A stretch of DNA of 64,000 nt from NCBI GenBank assembly GCA_018897155.1, contig JAHILE010000029.1:117-64116 (forward strand), in the 5' to 3' direction. The number at the start of each line of letters is the position of its first letter. Position 1 is the first letter of the stretch. This document shows, in pieces, positions 1 to 9,993 of this stretch. The notes beneath the pieces were generated by a model that saw only the letters and a list, made by a program, of their open reading frames with translations, ran no database searches and was not told the origin of the DNA. The stretch is from Nanobdellota archaeon (GTDB lineage: Archaea > EX4484-52 > LFW-46). A program made the position numbers and the translations under genes.

Positions 1-56
1 ATCATTTAGTTGAAAGTGTACTTAAGGTGGTGGAGATTTTTGATATGTGTGAGCAG

Positions 57-1397
57 TTATTGGGGGAGATACCTCATCGCTTTCAGCATTTCAATAACAG
101 AGTAAGAGGCGCGTGTCACACCCATGCTCCTCATATCTGTGTCAGTTCCAACCACATACATATTTTTTATCGGCGTTCTTACTTCAGGGAATTTTATATT
201 CGTGGATATCGCCGCTTTTTCAGGGATTAGTATTTGAGTATGCCTCATTTCTACATGATCTTCTATTCCTGGAATTGCAGAATATATTGTTTCAAGAAGG
301 TGTTTCTCATGTTTTATCGGATCCTCATCAGGGTGTAGAAATGCGCTGAATCCTATCAGCTGTTTTCCGGCCGGTGCAAGATGCGGGTCATATCCTGTTG
401 TTGGCATTGCCCAATAGGGCGCTCCGCTGGAAAACCACAATTCTGAGCCGCGATAATTCATCGTATTAATCGGATTTTTGAGGCCCAGCCATATTGTCAT
501 TGCTTTTGATTGCTTCAGTTTTTTTGCAGATGCCGCCCATTCGTTTGGCATGTCTGTAAGCTTCGGCAGGTTTTTTACCTCTCCGGAATAGATTATTGTA
601 TCGCATGAATATTCTTCTTTTTTTGTTTCAACTCTAAAACCGTTATTTTTCTCAGTTAGTTTTACAACTTCTTCATTTGTTTTCACACCAACATTTTTCG
701 TAAATGATTGAAGCACACAATTAGTTATTGTCTGTATTCCACCAAGGGGATAGCCTTGTTCATGGTAGCTTTTGTTTACCGCAAGCTTGAAAAAATCAGA
801 TATTTTTTCAGTTATCTTTCTGTCGCCGTCATTAACAAGCCCGCCGGCGCTTAATATGCGCCATGCTGGAGTTTCTTTCATTGAAATGCCGCTTGAGAAA
901 TACGAAAGTGCATCAATGAGCCGCAGGCTTGCATCGCTTAATCCTTCGTCTTTGACGAAATCGTAAGCAGATATGTCGCTTTTTTCAACTACGCTTAGGT
1001 GTGTTATTGCCTTAAGAACTGTTTTTGTAAGCTTTGCTCGATCTGATTTTGAAATGGCTTTGAAGTTCATGAATCCTTTTATGGTGTTTGGGAAACGCAC
1101 GAAACCTTCAGGATAACGCACATAATAATCACCATGAGGCACAAATTTTGGGGCGGAATTAAAGTATGCATCCATTAGTTTTACGAGCGGGCCGCCATCC
1201 AGCCCGGTTATCGCATGCACGCCGGTGTCGACAAAAAAACCCGTGTCCTGGACTTCATAAGTCCTGCAGTTTCCGCCAACAACACCGGATTTTTCAAGCA
1301 GAAGAACTTTTTTTCCTTCTTTTCCGAGAGCAAGCGCTGACAGAAGGCCGGAAATTCCCGCGCCGACAACAATTATATCATATGATTTTTCTGACAT
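57..1397 (-). CDS. FAD-dependent oxidoreductase (phytoene desaturase / amine oxidase-like)
   Basis: N-terminal Rossmann dinucleotide-binding motif IIVVGAGISGLLSALAL...LLLEKSGVVGG; 446 aa overall like CrtI-family flavoproteins. Confidence 0.7.
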   Translation of the reverse strand: MSEKSYDIIVVGAGISGLLSALALGKEGKKVLLLEKSGVVGGNCRTYEVQDTGFFVDTGVHAITGLDGGPLVKLMDAYFNSAPKFVPHGDYYVRYPEGFVRFPNTIKGFMNFKAISKSDRAKLTKTVLKAITHLSVVEKSDISAYDFVKDEGLSDASLRLIDALSYFSSGISMKETPAWRILSAGGLVNDGDRKITEKISDFFKLAVNKSYHEQGYPLGGIQTITNCVLQSFTKNVGVKTNEEVVKLTEKNNGFRVETKKEEYSCDTIIYSGEVKNLPKLTDMPNEWAASAKKLKQSKAMTIWLGLKNPINTMNYRGSELWFSSGAPYWAMPTTGYDPHLAPAGKQLIGFSAFLHPDEDPIKHEKHLLETIYSAIPGIEDHVEMRHTQILIPEKAAISTNIKFPEVRTPIKNMYVVGTDTDMRSMGVTRASYSVIEMLKAMRYLPQ

Positions 1398-1531
1398 GTG
1401 TTTGCACCATTAATCACTGATTTTATTTAAAGATTTTGCGAGTGAAAAAAAATACTGGGCGAGGTCCGTTTCCGAGCACAATCGTTCTGATTCCTCAGTT
1501 AGTATGGTCTCTATTTTCTGTTCTTCGGGCG

Positions 1532-1810
1532 TTATTTGCTGCGTAGGCGTTTGATTGATGTATATTTTTGAATGAATGTGCATAGTTCATGTAATGCAAT
1601 GATCTGTTTCATTTCCGGGCATTTTGAGTTTATGTACATACTAAATAGTTCTGTATGTCCATTTATGGGAACCAAGCGCCCAAGAGCATTCATGTGGCAC
1701 TGATAAATATTATTTATATTTTCCCGAAGTATGCGTTCTACGTCATTCTTTTCCATCGGATTATTTCGTAAATACTCATTCAGAGTCTCCGGCGTGTGCA
1801 CCGTATTCAC
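1532..1810 (-). CDS. hypothetical protein (92 aa)
   Basis: ORF overlaps alaS stop by 4 nt (operon-like); no recognisable motif. Confidence 0.4.
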   Translation of the reverse strand: MNTVHTPETLNEYLRNNPMEKNDVERILRENINNIYQCHMNALGRLVPINGHTELFSMYINSKCPEMKQIIALHELCTFIQKYTSIKRLRSK

Positions 1811-4737
1811 CTATGAAATAGTTCTTTTAAATTATCAAACAGTTTTACGTCAAACTTTCCTTGCTTCACTTCGGCGCCACCGCCTTTTGCGCCAAGGCTT
1901 TTCAGCTTTTCGAATTCTGCATCGTTTCCCTTAAAAACAAAAATTCCTGATTTGTTCACAAGCAGGACCTTGTCAAGCCGTTCTGCAATATTGCGCATTG
2001 TTTGGGCGTCAAAATCAACAAGCTTCACATCGCCTGATTTTATCAGCTTTGCTTTTACTTCCGCAATTTTTTGCGCCAGATATTCAATGTCTTTGCGTTC
2101 TTCTTTCCAGCGCGCAAATAACTCGCGCGAGAAGTCTTCAGGATTTTTGCGTTTGATGCCTTTTGCAAATTCCTGGAGATCCACATATTTTTTTCCCGCT
2201 TCATATTTTATGTTTTCTTTTGAAAGATTTTCGCGAAGCTCATTTATTTTTGATTTTTGGATTGCGTATTCTTCCGCAAAGCGCATAAGCGTTTCAAGGA
2301 CTTTCTCCCTTGGCACAGAAAATATTTGCGCGATTTTCTCAATATCTTTTTCATTCACTTTAATCTGCGGGGAGAGGCTTTCAAAGAATGCATTTAATTC
2401 CTGCAATTCTTTTTGCGCGCCTATTTCGTATTTTTTTGCGGCATTTCCTGCCGCGAATTCGATGCGCACAACGCCGTCCTGTATCTTGCTTGAGCCGATT
2501 ATTTTTATGATTTCGGCTTCTTTTGTGTTTTTCAGATGCGTTCCTCCGCAGGCTTCGACATCAACGCCTTCGATTATTATCGCGCGCAGGCGCTTTCCCG
2601 GAACTGCGCCGCCCTGATACAATCTAAAACCGTATTTCTTTTCCGCATCGGTTCTTGGAAGCAGCATGCTTTGGACCGGAATCGCGTCTTTTACAATCTT
2701 GTTTGCAATCGCCTCAATTTTTTTGATTTCATTGCTGTCAAGAGAATCATAATGAGTTATGTCCAGCCTTCCTTTATCAAGAGTTTTTTCCGCACCCGCC
2801 TGCCAGATGTGGCTGCCAAGTATAATTCTAGCCGCGCCGTTTATGATGTGTGCGGATGTGTGGTGCTGAGCAAGCTGCAGTCTTCTTGATTTTTCAATAT
2901 CGCACTTTACTGTTTCGCCTTCTTTAAACGAACTTGCCGGAGCTTTTAGTTCATGGATTATGACATTTCCTTGCTTAAAAACATCTGCGATTTCAATTCC
3001 ATTTATTTTCCCCATGTCGTGCATCTGCCCGCCAGATGTCGGATAGAACGCGGTTTTGTCAAGGACAATATATTTGCCTTCAATTATTTTCAGTACTTTT
3101 GCATCGAAATTCAGCAGCGCGTAATTGTCAAAGTACAGAATATTTGTTTCAGGAATGCTGCTTAGGTTAAATGTTTTTGCCTTTTTTGTTTCCGCCTTTG
3201 CTGCAACCTTCTCATGCCTTTCCGCGACTTTTTTGTAGAAATCGTCAGGAATAGTTATTTTCAGGCCTGCAGATTTCAGCATTTCCGGGCTGATGCCGTT
3301 TGAGTCGTAAAGCTCGATCAGCTTGCTTTCGGTTGCGTCTTTTTCAGAAAGCCCTGAAACTATTTTTCGCGATTTTTCCTTTGTCTCGGCGTATTTTCTT
3401 TTTTCGACTTCAATTATCTTTTTTACTTCTTCAAGGTTTTCCAGAAGCTCGGGATATTGCGCTTTCAGGTATTTTGCATGCCATTCGCAGACATCGTTTA
3501 AGTCTACATTCCAGCCATACTTGTTTGAGATGTCAAGCGATCTTCTAAGAAGCACGCGCAGATTGTATCCGCCTCCGACATTAGATGGCAGAACTCCATC
3601 AGAAAGCGCGACAAGCAGCGATCTTGTATGGTCGCCGATTGAATAAATTCCTGCAAGAGGCATGATGTGCTCTTTTAATTGCTTTGCGTCAATGCCGATT
3701 TTCTTTGCGATTTGCGCCCATGTTTTTTCAATGTCTGCGACCTCATCGATATTCAGAAGGCCTGATAGCGGAAGGAATTTTTTGAATATCTCTTTATTCG
3801 GCGCGATTCCTGTCAGTTTGTAAAGCTTTTCTGAAACTGTCGGAAAAACAGTTTCATAGCTTGTGCTTGCGCCGTTTGTGAACCATGAGTATCTTTCCTG
3901 CCCGGTGCCCATGTCAAGTACTTTGATATTAAGGTCTTTCACAGCGCCGGATTTTACATCGTACTGCATATATACTTGATTTCCGAGTTCAAGCCCTCCT
4001 GAAAAAAATTCAATTGAAGGCCCCATATTCCCTCCGCCGGCCCAAGCATCCTCATGGAATTGCAAATGCTCTTTCGGAATTTTAACGCCTTCAGTCAGCC
4101 ACGTGTATATGTGGCGCAGATAATCATGCGGCGCGTAATCCTTTGGCTTCATGAACGCATGTTGCCCAATCATGACAAATCCGGAATAATGCCTTCCGGT
4201 AATGCCTACATTATCAATATCGTTAAATCGCAGGCAGAATTGCGGCACAACAAGCGGGTTTGCAGGAGGGTCTACTTCGCCTGACACTACATACGGCTGA
4301 AAATCATAAATCGATGCCTGAACAAAATCCGTGTCGTCCCGCCATCTTGCGGCAACCGGATATCGCGCAATCGGGGTGTAGCCGAACTTTTTGAATGTTG
4401 ATGCGAATTTCTGCCATGTTTCGACATAGTCCATTTTGGCTTTTGCAGGCGTGTTTCCGATAAATGTGTAGCCGCCGGAGCAATCAGGCTCGCCGCACAC
4501 TGTTCTTTCGGAGTCTGTCGACCAGAAGAATGTTCCGCATTTCGCGCATTTTTTTCTCCGGAAGCCTTCTGCTTTGAGCACAGCTACGGGATAGTATTTT
4601 TCAGGCTCTGCCTGGGCTTTTAGCTTGAAGGCGCGCTTCATTTCTAATTCCAGCGCTTTCTGCGGCGCGATTGGGACCGGCATGCGATATGATTGGCGGG
4701 AAATTTTAATAAGCGTTGGTTTAATCACTACCGCCAA
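1807..4737 (-). CDS. alaS: alanyl-tRNA synthetase, archaeal type
   Basis: 976 aa; class II catalytic core, editing domain HxxxH motifs (HHTSAHIINGAARIILGSHIWQAG), C-terminal region typical of archaeal AlaRS. Confidence 0.95.
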   Translation of the reverse strand: MAVVIKPTLIKISRQSYRMPVPIAPQKALELEMKRAFKLKAQAEPEKYYPVAVLKAEGFRRKKCAKCGTFFWSTDSERTVCGEPDCSGGYTFIGNTPAKAKMDYVETWQKFASTFKKFGYTPIARYPVAARWRDDTDFVQASIYDFQPYVVSGEVDPPANPLVVPQFCLRFNDIDNVGITGRHYSGFVMIGQHAFMKPKDYAPHDYLRHIYTWLTEGVKIPKEHLQFHEDAWAGGGNMGPSIEFFSGGLELGNQVYMQYDVKSGAVKDLNIKVLDMGTGQERYSWFTNGASTSYETVFPTVSEKLYKLTGIAPNKEIFKKFLPLSGLLNIDEVADIEKTWAQIAKKIGIDAKQLKEHIMPLAGIYSIGDHTRSLLVALSDGVLPSNVGGGYNLRVLLRRSLDISNKYGWNVDLNDVCEWHAKYLKAQYPELLENLEEVKKIIEVEKRKYAETKEKSRKIVSGLSEKDATESKLIELYDSNGISPEMLKSAGLKITIPDDFYKKVAERHEKVAAKAETKKAKTFNLSSIPETNILYFDNYALLNFDAKVLKIIEGKYIVLDKTAFYPTSGGQMHDMGKINGIEIADVFKQGNVIIHELKAPASSFKEGETVKCDIEKSRRLQLAQHHTSAHIINGAARIILGSHIWQAGAEKTLDKGRLDITHYDSLDSNEIKKIEAIANKIVKDAIPVQSMLLPRTDAEKKYGFRLYQGGAVPGKRLRAIIIEGVDVEACGGTHLKNTKEAEIIKIIGSSKIQDGVVRIEFAAGNAAKKYEIGAQKELQELNAFFESLSPQIKVNEKDIEKIAQIFSVPREKVLETLMRFAEEYAIQKSKINELRENLSKENIKYEAGKKYVDLQEFAKGIKRKNPEDFSRELFARWKEERKDIEYLAQKIAEVKAKLIKSGDVKLVDFDAQTMRNIAERLDKVLLVNKSGIFVFKGNDAEFEKLKSLGAKGGGAEVKQGKFDVKLFDNLKELFHR

Positions 4738-5099
4738 TCTTCAATCCAGAAATCAAGATATTCTTCACCTACGCCGTTTTTGGCACCATATTCTTTAACT
4801 TCTTGAAATTCCTTTGATGACCATTTTTTCTCTTGCGGAATTTTGAATACTTTATTTACGAAAGAAACATAAACGAATTTACCATTCCAAAAATGAGCAT
4901 ACCGCCCATATTTTAGTTCTTTAGAGATTTTTTTAGCTACTTCTTCAATGTTTTTATCATCTGTTTCGATTTTAAATAAGTGCCAAAAGCGAGCGTTTTT
5001 TGATTCCGGACGGTCTTCAACTTTAACGTAAATTTTTCTAAATTCATTAAGTAGGGTTGGAGTATTCAATGACTCTGATAAGATAAATCCCTTAAACAT
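4728..5099 (-). CDS. hypothetical protein (123 aa)
   Basis: ORF overlapping alaS start by 10 nt; no recognised domain. Confidence 0.45.
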   Translation of the reverse strand: MFKGFILSESLNTPTLLNEFRKIYVKVEDRPESKNARFWHLFKIETDDKNIEEVAKKISKELKYGRYAHFWNGKFVYVSFVNKVFKIPQEKKWSSKEFQEVKEYGAKNGVGEEYLDFWIEDWR

Positions 5100-5265
5100 A
5101 CTGAAGAATTGTGGCTTGGAACTTAAAAACGTTCATTAGTTACTGAGTTATCTTTTTCAAGTATTTAGCAATATATAAACTTTCCCGCGAAAATCAAGAT
5201 ATGCAGAAAAATCAATCTGTACGAAAGAATAAATATAGTTCTTGTTCGAATATTATTGATGCTCT

Positions 5266-5355
5266 TTGGTGAATTTATGAAATCATGGAAATTTTTTAAC
5301 GGAAATGCAATTTCCAAGCTTTCATTTCCAAAGTAAAAGGTGAATGAAATGAAAT
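5266..5355 (+). promoter_or_regulatory. conserved promoter/5'-UTR module (copy A) upstream of RNase J-like gene
   Basis: TTTATGAAATCAT...GGAAATGCAATTTCCAAG...TTTCCAAAGTAAAAGGTGAATGAAATGAAA; near-identical module at 61240-61317; shorter copy at 59438-59477. Confidence 0.6.
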
Positions 5356-6662
5356 TTTACTCAGTAAGCGGCTATAATGAAGTCGGAAAAAACATGTCTG
5401 CTATTGAAGTGGGCGATGAAGTGATAATTCTTGACATGGGAATACACCTTGACAAGATTGTGACACTGACAGAGGAGGAGCGCAAAGTTCCGACAAAAGA
5501 GCTGATTGATATTGGCGCACTTCCAAATGATGAATGCCTCAAAGGAAAAAATGTCGTTGCGATAGTGCTTTCCCACGGGCATTTGGATCACTGCGCAGCT
5601 GTTCCGAGGATGGCTGAGCGCTACGGGTGCCCGATTGTTGGAACGCCGTTTACTCTTGCGATTATAAAAGGCCTTCTTGCAGATGATGGAAAAAGCGGCC
5701 TTGTGAAGAATTTGTGCCAGATAAACCACGGCGAAACAATGCGGATTTCAAAGAATTTTGCTGTTGAGATGGTACACATAACGCACAGCATCCCGCAGGC
5801 GTCAATGATAGCACTGCATACAAAAGAAGGAATAATAACATATGCCTGCGACTATAAGCTTGACAACAACCCCACATTTGGGCCCAAGCCGGATTATAAG
5901 CGCATAAAACAACTTGGCGCAGAAGGCGTGAAACTGCACATAAGCGAATGCCTGCGCGTGGCAGAAGAAGCTCGCACCCCTCCGGAATATGTTGCCAAAA
6001 TAATGGTTAATGATGCAATAGATCGTGCTTATGAGGACAATACCGCGGTTATCATAACGAGTTTTGCATCACACATAACACGGCTGCGCAATATAATCGA
6101 AGCAAATAACGGGCGTAGGGAAGTAATTATGCTTGGACGTTCGCTCGATTCGTACGTCAATGCCGCGAAAGAATGCAAGCTTATTGAGGCAGACGACATC
6201 AAGATTTATGGACGAAGAAAAACTATTGCAGCGGCGCTTGAAAAAGTGAAGAGTCATCCGGAAGACTTTCTACTTATTGCGACAGGAAATCAAGGAGAGC
6301 CGAATTCCGCGCTTTCAAGGCTTGCGAGAAAAGAGTTTCCATTTGCCTTGCGAAAGCAGGATCAGGTGATATTTTCTTCAGAAGCGATTCCGAATCCGAT
6401 AAATGAGGCGAACCGTTATATTCTAAAGCGCAATTTGTATGAGCAGGGCGCGCGGATAATGGAGCACGTTCACGTTTCAGGGCATGCGCGCAGGGAAGAC
6501 CACCGCGATATGTTGAAGATGCTTCAACCTCAGTATGTCATTCCGAACCACGGAGAAACAGAGCGGCTTGCGTCATTCGCATCCCTTGCAATGGAGGAGG
6601 GCTGGAAACTCGGCGACACTGTAAAGATAATGTCGAACGGGCAGAGCGTCGGGATAAAGTAG
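5340..6662 (+). CDS. RNase J-like beta-CASP metallo-beta-lactamase ribonuclease
   Basis: HxHxDH motif (VLSHGHLDHCAAVP), beta-CASP arrangement, ~440 aa like archaeal RNase J; GTG at 5340, more likely true start ATG at 5349 preceded by GGTGA SD. Confidence 0.85.
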   Translation: MNEMKFYSVSGYNEVGKNMSAIEVGDEVIILDMGIHLDKIVTLTEEERKVPTKELIDIGALPNDECLKGKNVVAIVLSHGHLDHCAAVPRMAERYGCPIVGTPFTLAIIKGLLADDGKSGLVKNLCQINHGETMRISKNFAVEMVHITHSIPQASMIALHTKEGIITYACDYKLDNNPTFGPKPDYKRIKQLGAEGVKLHISECLRVAEEARTPPEYVAKIMVNDAIDRAYEDNTAVIITSFASHITRLRNIIEANNGRREVIMLGRSLDSYVNAAKECKLIEADDIKIYGRRKTIAAALEKVKSHPEDFLLIATGNQGEPNSALSRLARKEFPFALRKQDQVIFSSEAIPNPINEANRYILKRNLYEQGARIMEHVHVSGHARREDHRDMLKMLQPQYVIPNHGETERLASFASLAMEEGWKLGDTVKIMSNGQSVGIK

Positions 6663-6663
6663 C

Positions 6664-7083
6664 CTAGAGATTGCCAAATTTCCAATTTTCAGGCAATTCG
6701 AAAGCCTCGTTTCCTGCGCCATAGAATTCAACAGCTTGTTTTATGTGGGGGACTAACGCATTTATAAAGCATTCTGACTTGATTGAAATGTATTTTTTAT
6801 ACAGCTCTTCCGGAATTTCTAGAAGTTTATAGGGAGTTTTTTGCGATGGGAATACGTTTAGCAAAACCGGTTTTTTCATATCAACTTTTAGAAATAACTC
6901 ACTTTGATTATTGACTGCTACAATGCCGTTTGGATTAATGCCGTTTTGATATGCATAATTTGGCATGAAATCAAGTATACTGAGGTATGCCTTTTTATCG
7001 CGTGTTATTGGCACTGCTAAAAGCTCAAAAGGACGGCTTTTTCCGATAGTGAAGCGGGAAGTTATGTTGGAATATCCTGTCAT
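6664..7083 (-). CDS. hypothetical protein (139 aa)
   Basis: ORF only; convergent with RNase J gene. Confidence 0.4.
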   Translation of the reverse strand: MTGYSNITSRFTIGKSRPFELLAVPITRDKKAYLSILDFMPNYAYQNGINPNGIVAVNNQSELFLKVDMKKPVLLNVFPSQKTPYKLLEIPEELYKKYISIKSECFINALVPHIKQAVEFYGAGNEAFELPENWKFGNL

Positions 7084-7238
7084 ATATTCACAATTCCTAC
7101 TAAGTGATGAAAGTTTATATATGGAGTTTATTGAATGATTGGAAGGTTAATTTTTCAAATCATTATTTGCGCAGTTGTGCAATATTTTCAAATTTGGTTC
7201 TCATTAAATATATAATGTATGGACACTCATAGTATTTC

Positions 7239-8159
7239 ATGATTTCAGTTTTCAAAAAAACCATTCGTGATAAAGAGCTCCAGCAGATTGATGAGCCGAA
7301 AGTGGGCTCGTGGATTTCTCTTGTTGATCCTACTGAAGAAGAAATAAACAAGATTGTTGATGAGCTGGAGCTTGACCGCAAGAATCTTACTGATGCGCTT
7401 GACGAATACGAGCTTCCAAGAATAGAAAAAGAAGAAGGCGTAATGTATGTTCTTATAAAAACACCGATTGAAGAGCAAGATGCAATATACACAATTCCAA
7501 TAGGCATTGTCGTGACCAAAGATTACATCATAACAATAACAAAGAAAACGAATAGCGTTATAGAAAGCGTATTGTCAAAAAATAAGAACATCTGCACAAC
7601 ACAAAAAATCAATTTTATGATACATTTATTTCTTCTTGTGAGTGATAAGTACGATCAATATCTGAAAAAAATATCCAAGGATATCAAGCGCAGAAAAACA
7701 AAGATGGCGGATCTTTCAAATGAAGACATAATTAATATTATTAAGCAAGAGGAAGTGCTTAACGATTTCATTTCATCTTTTTTGCCAACTGTAAATATTT
7801 TCGAAAAGCTTTTGGGCGGAAAATATATTCCGCTTTATCAGAATGACAAAGACATTATAGAAGACGTCCTCATAAATTCCAGGCAGACGCTTGACCTTTG
7901 CAGGAGCAACATAAAGACAGCAACAAACATACGTGAGGCGTATTCTACAGTGCTTTCAAACAACCTGAACAAGACAATAAAGCTCCTCACTGTTTTTACA
8001 ATAATCCTTGCCATTCCGACAACAATCGCGAGCCTGTTCGGCATGAATGTATTGCTGCCGATGAAGGATAATCCGCACATGTTTTTGTACATCCTGTCTT
8101 TTGTGTTTGGAATAACGTTGCTATTGGTATATATTTTTTTCAGGAAAAAGTGGATATGA
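7239..8159 (+). CDS. corA: CorA-family Mg2+/Co2+ transporter
   Basis: C-terminal two TM helices with signature GMN motif (TIASLFGMNVLLP); 306 aa. Confidence 0.85.
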   Translation: MISVFKKTIRDKELQQIDEPKVGSWISLVDPTEEEINKIVDELELDRKNLTDALDEYELPRIEKEEGVMYVLIKTPIEEQDAIYTIPIGIVVTKDYIITITKKTNSVIESVLSKNKNICTTQKINFMIHLFLLVSDKYDQYLKKISKDIKRRKTKMADLSNEDIINIIKQEEVLNDFISSFLPTVNIFEKLLGGKYIPLYQNDKDIIEDVLINSRQTLDLCRSNIKTATNIREAYSTVLSNNLNKTIKLLTVFTIILAIPTTIASLFGMNVLLPMKDNPHMFLYILSFVFGITLLLVYIFFRKKWI

Positions 8160-8181
8160 TTGGCGGATATGTTTTTCGGAT

Positions 8182-8823
8182 TCAGAAAGCATTTTCAAGA
8201 TGCTTCATCGCGCTTTCAAGAAACTTATTTGCGATTTTTATTCCTTCATCGGTCTTGATTTTACCCATCATCGCGCGCGTCTTTTCAATGCTTCTTGCCT
8301 TTGCTTCTGTTGGCGCAAGATTCTTTTTCTGCTCGTCAAAATATGATTTGTAGGTATCCTCAATGAAAATTATCCCGTCGGCATCCTGCAATATTCTCTG
8401 CTCCATTCCTTCAACAGGAGTGCCAAGAGGATGCGCTTTTATGGCTCCGAATATTTTGTCGCGCGTCCTTTTATCAAGCTTGAACTCTTCAAGAAATTGC
8501 TTAGCTATTTTCACGCTTTCTTTTGCGTGTTTTTCATCGCCTGCATCGGCGCCGATATCGTGCAGAAGCGCAGCCATGATAACCGTGAAAATATCCGCAT
8601 GATATATTTCCGCAAGGTGGCGCGCGTAATTCCTTGCGCCGAATACGTGCCTGAGGTATGCTTCTTCGGGCTGCCTTGTTTTCGGCACGCTGCACCTAAC
8701 AAAAGCTTCAGTTTCTCTGACTATTTTCTCCCTGTTTTCCATAGACATTAATGCGCGCGAAGTATGATAAAGGTATCTGCGTGTGTGTTGCATATGTGAT
8801 TTTTTGTACTCAATCCGAAACAA
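8182..8823 (-). CDS. HD-domain metal-dependent phosphohydrolase
   Basis: H...HD motif (LLHDIGADAG), 213 aa. Confidence 0.75.
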   Translation of the reverse strand: MFRIEYKKSHMQHTRRYLYHTSRALMSMENREKIVRETEAFVRCSVPKTRQPEEAYLRHVFGARNYARHLAEIYHADIFTVIMAALLHDIGADAGDEKHAKESVKIAKQFLEEFKLDKRTRDKIFGAIKAHPLGTPVEGMEQRILQDADGIIFIEDTYKSYFDEQKKNLAPTEAKARSIEKTRAMMGKIKTDEGIKIANKFLESAMKHLENAF

Positions 8824-8832
8824 AACCAGAGC

Positions 8833-9918
8833 TTATAGCCATTTTCTCTTTCGAAAGTATGCCAGCATGGAAATTGTTATTGCAATCATTACAACCCAAA
8901 CCGCAGCATAGCCCCAATACCAGTTGAGTTCAGGCATATTGAATGGCGATGCGCCTGTGTTGAAATTCATCCCATAAACGCCTACAATGAATGTCAGCGG
9001 GATGAATATCGTCGCAATTATTGTGAGGATTTTCATAACTTCGTTCATCTTGTTGCTCATGGTTGAAAGGTATAGATCTATCATGCCGGAAAGCATGTCG
9101 CGGTAAGTTTCCACAGTATCGATTATGCGCACAGTATGATCGTAAAGGTCTCTCAAATAAATTCTTGTGGACGCGCTTATCAAGCGCGATTCACCTCTCA
9201 GAAGAATGCCGACCATATCCCTCAGCGGCCAGACTGACTTGCGCATAAAAAGCATTTCCCTTTTCAGCCGATGAATGTTATATAATGTTTCATGCTTTGG
9301 CTCTTTCATGAGCCGTTCTTCAAACACCTCGGTTTCATCACCCATCTTTTCCAATACTATAAAATAGTTATCAATAACGGCATCCATAAGGCTGTATGCC
9401 AGATAATCCGCCCCTGCTTTTCTTATATGCCCCGTTCCCGCACGAATCCGTTCGCGAAGCGAATCAAAAACATCCCCTTCCAGACCTTCCTGAAATGATA
9501 TGACAAAATTCTTTCCCAATATGATGCTGACCTGCTCAGAAGTTATCTTTTTTTCAGAATCGGTATACGACAGCATATTAAGCACAATGAAAATATGGCT
9601 GTCAAAGATCTCTGCTTTTGGCCGCTGCATTGCGCTCATTATATCTTCAAGAATTGTTGGGTGTATCTTGTAATGCTTGCCTATGGACTCGACGATATCC
9701 GGCCGGTGAATGCCGTCTATATTTATCCAGGTGATTGTGGTCTTCTCTTTGTACTTGAAGCAATCTTCTACATTTCTTACTTCCCTTTCCTGGAACTTTT
9801 TTTCATTGTAATAGAATACGGTGATTTTTACAGGAGCGTTGCTTTTGTCTCCAAGATATATGAGACTTCCCGGCATAAGGCCTGCTTTTTTTGACATTTT
9901 TTTTAGGATGCGCGACAA
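8833..9918 (-). CDS. corA: CorA-family Mg2+/Co2+ transporter (second paralog)
   Basis: GMN motif (VGVYGMNFNTGASP), two C-terminal TM helices, 361 aa. Confidence 0.85.
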   Translation of the reverse strand: MSRILKKMSKKAGLMPGSLIYLGDKSNAPVKITVFYYNEKKFQEREVRNVEDCFKYKEKTTITWINIDGIHRPDIVESIGKHYKIHPTILEDIMSAMQRPKAEIFDSHIFIVLNMLSYTDSEKKITSEQVSIILGKNFVISFQEGLEGDVFDSLRERIRAGTGHIRKAGADYLAYSLMDAVIDNYFIVLEKMGDETEVFEERLMKEPKHETLYNIHRLKREMLFMRKSVWPLRDMVGILLRGESRLISASTRIYLRDLYDHTVRIIDTVETYRDMLSGMIDLYLSTMSNKMNEVMKILTIIATIFIPLTFIVGVYGMNFNTGASPFNMPELNWYWGYAAVWVVMIAITISMLAYFRKRKWL

Positions 9919-9993
9919 ACAAACACCATAAATACTTGCTGATAGTTATTTTGTGTTCTGAGTATATATAATTCGAACGTTCCGCGGATGATT

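Noticed and set aside
1952-2889. Plus-strand ORFs (221 aa, 117 aa) inside alaS
   Set aside because: Antisense to a strongly supported synthetase gene. Low-complexity S/F-rich translations typical of shadow ORFs.
7163-7519. 118-aa minus-strand ORF overlapping corA start
   Set aside because: Overlaps the CorA gene on the opposite strand, Ser-rich. Likely spurious.
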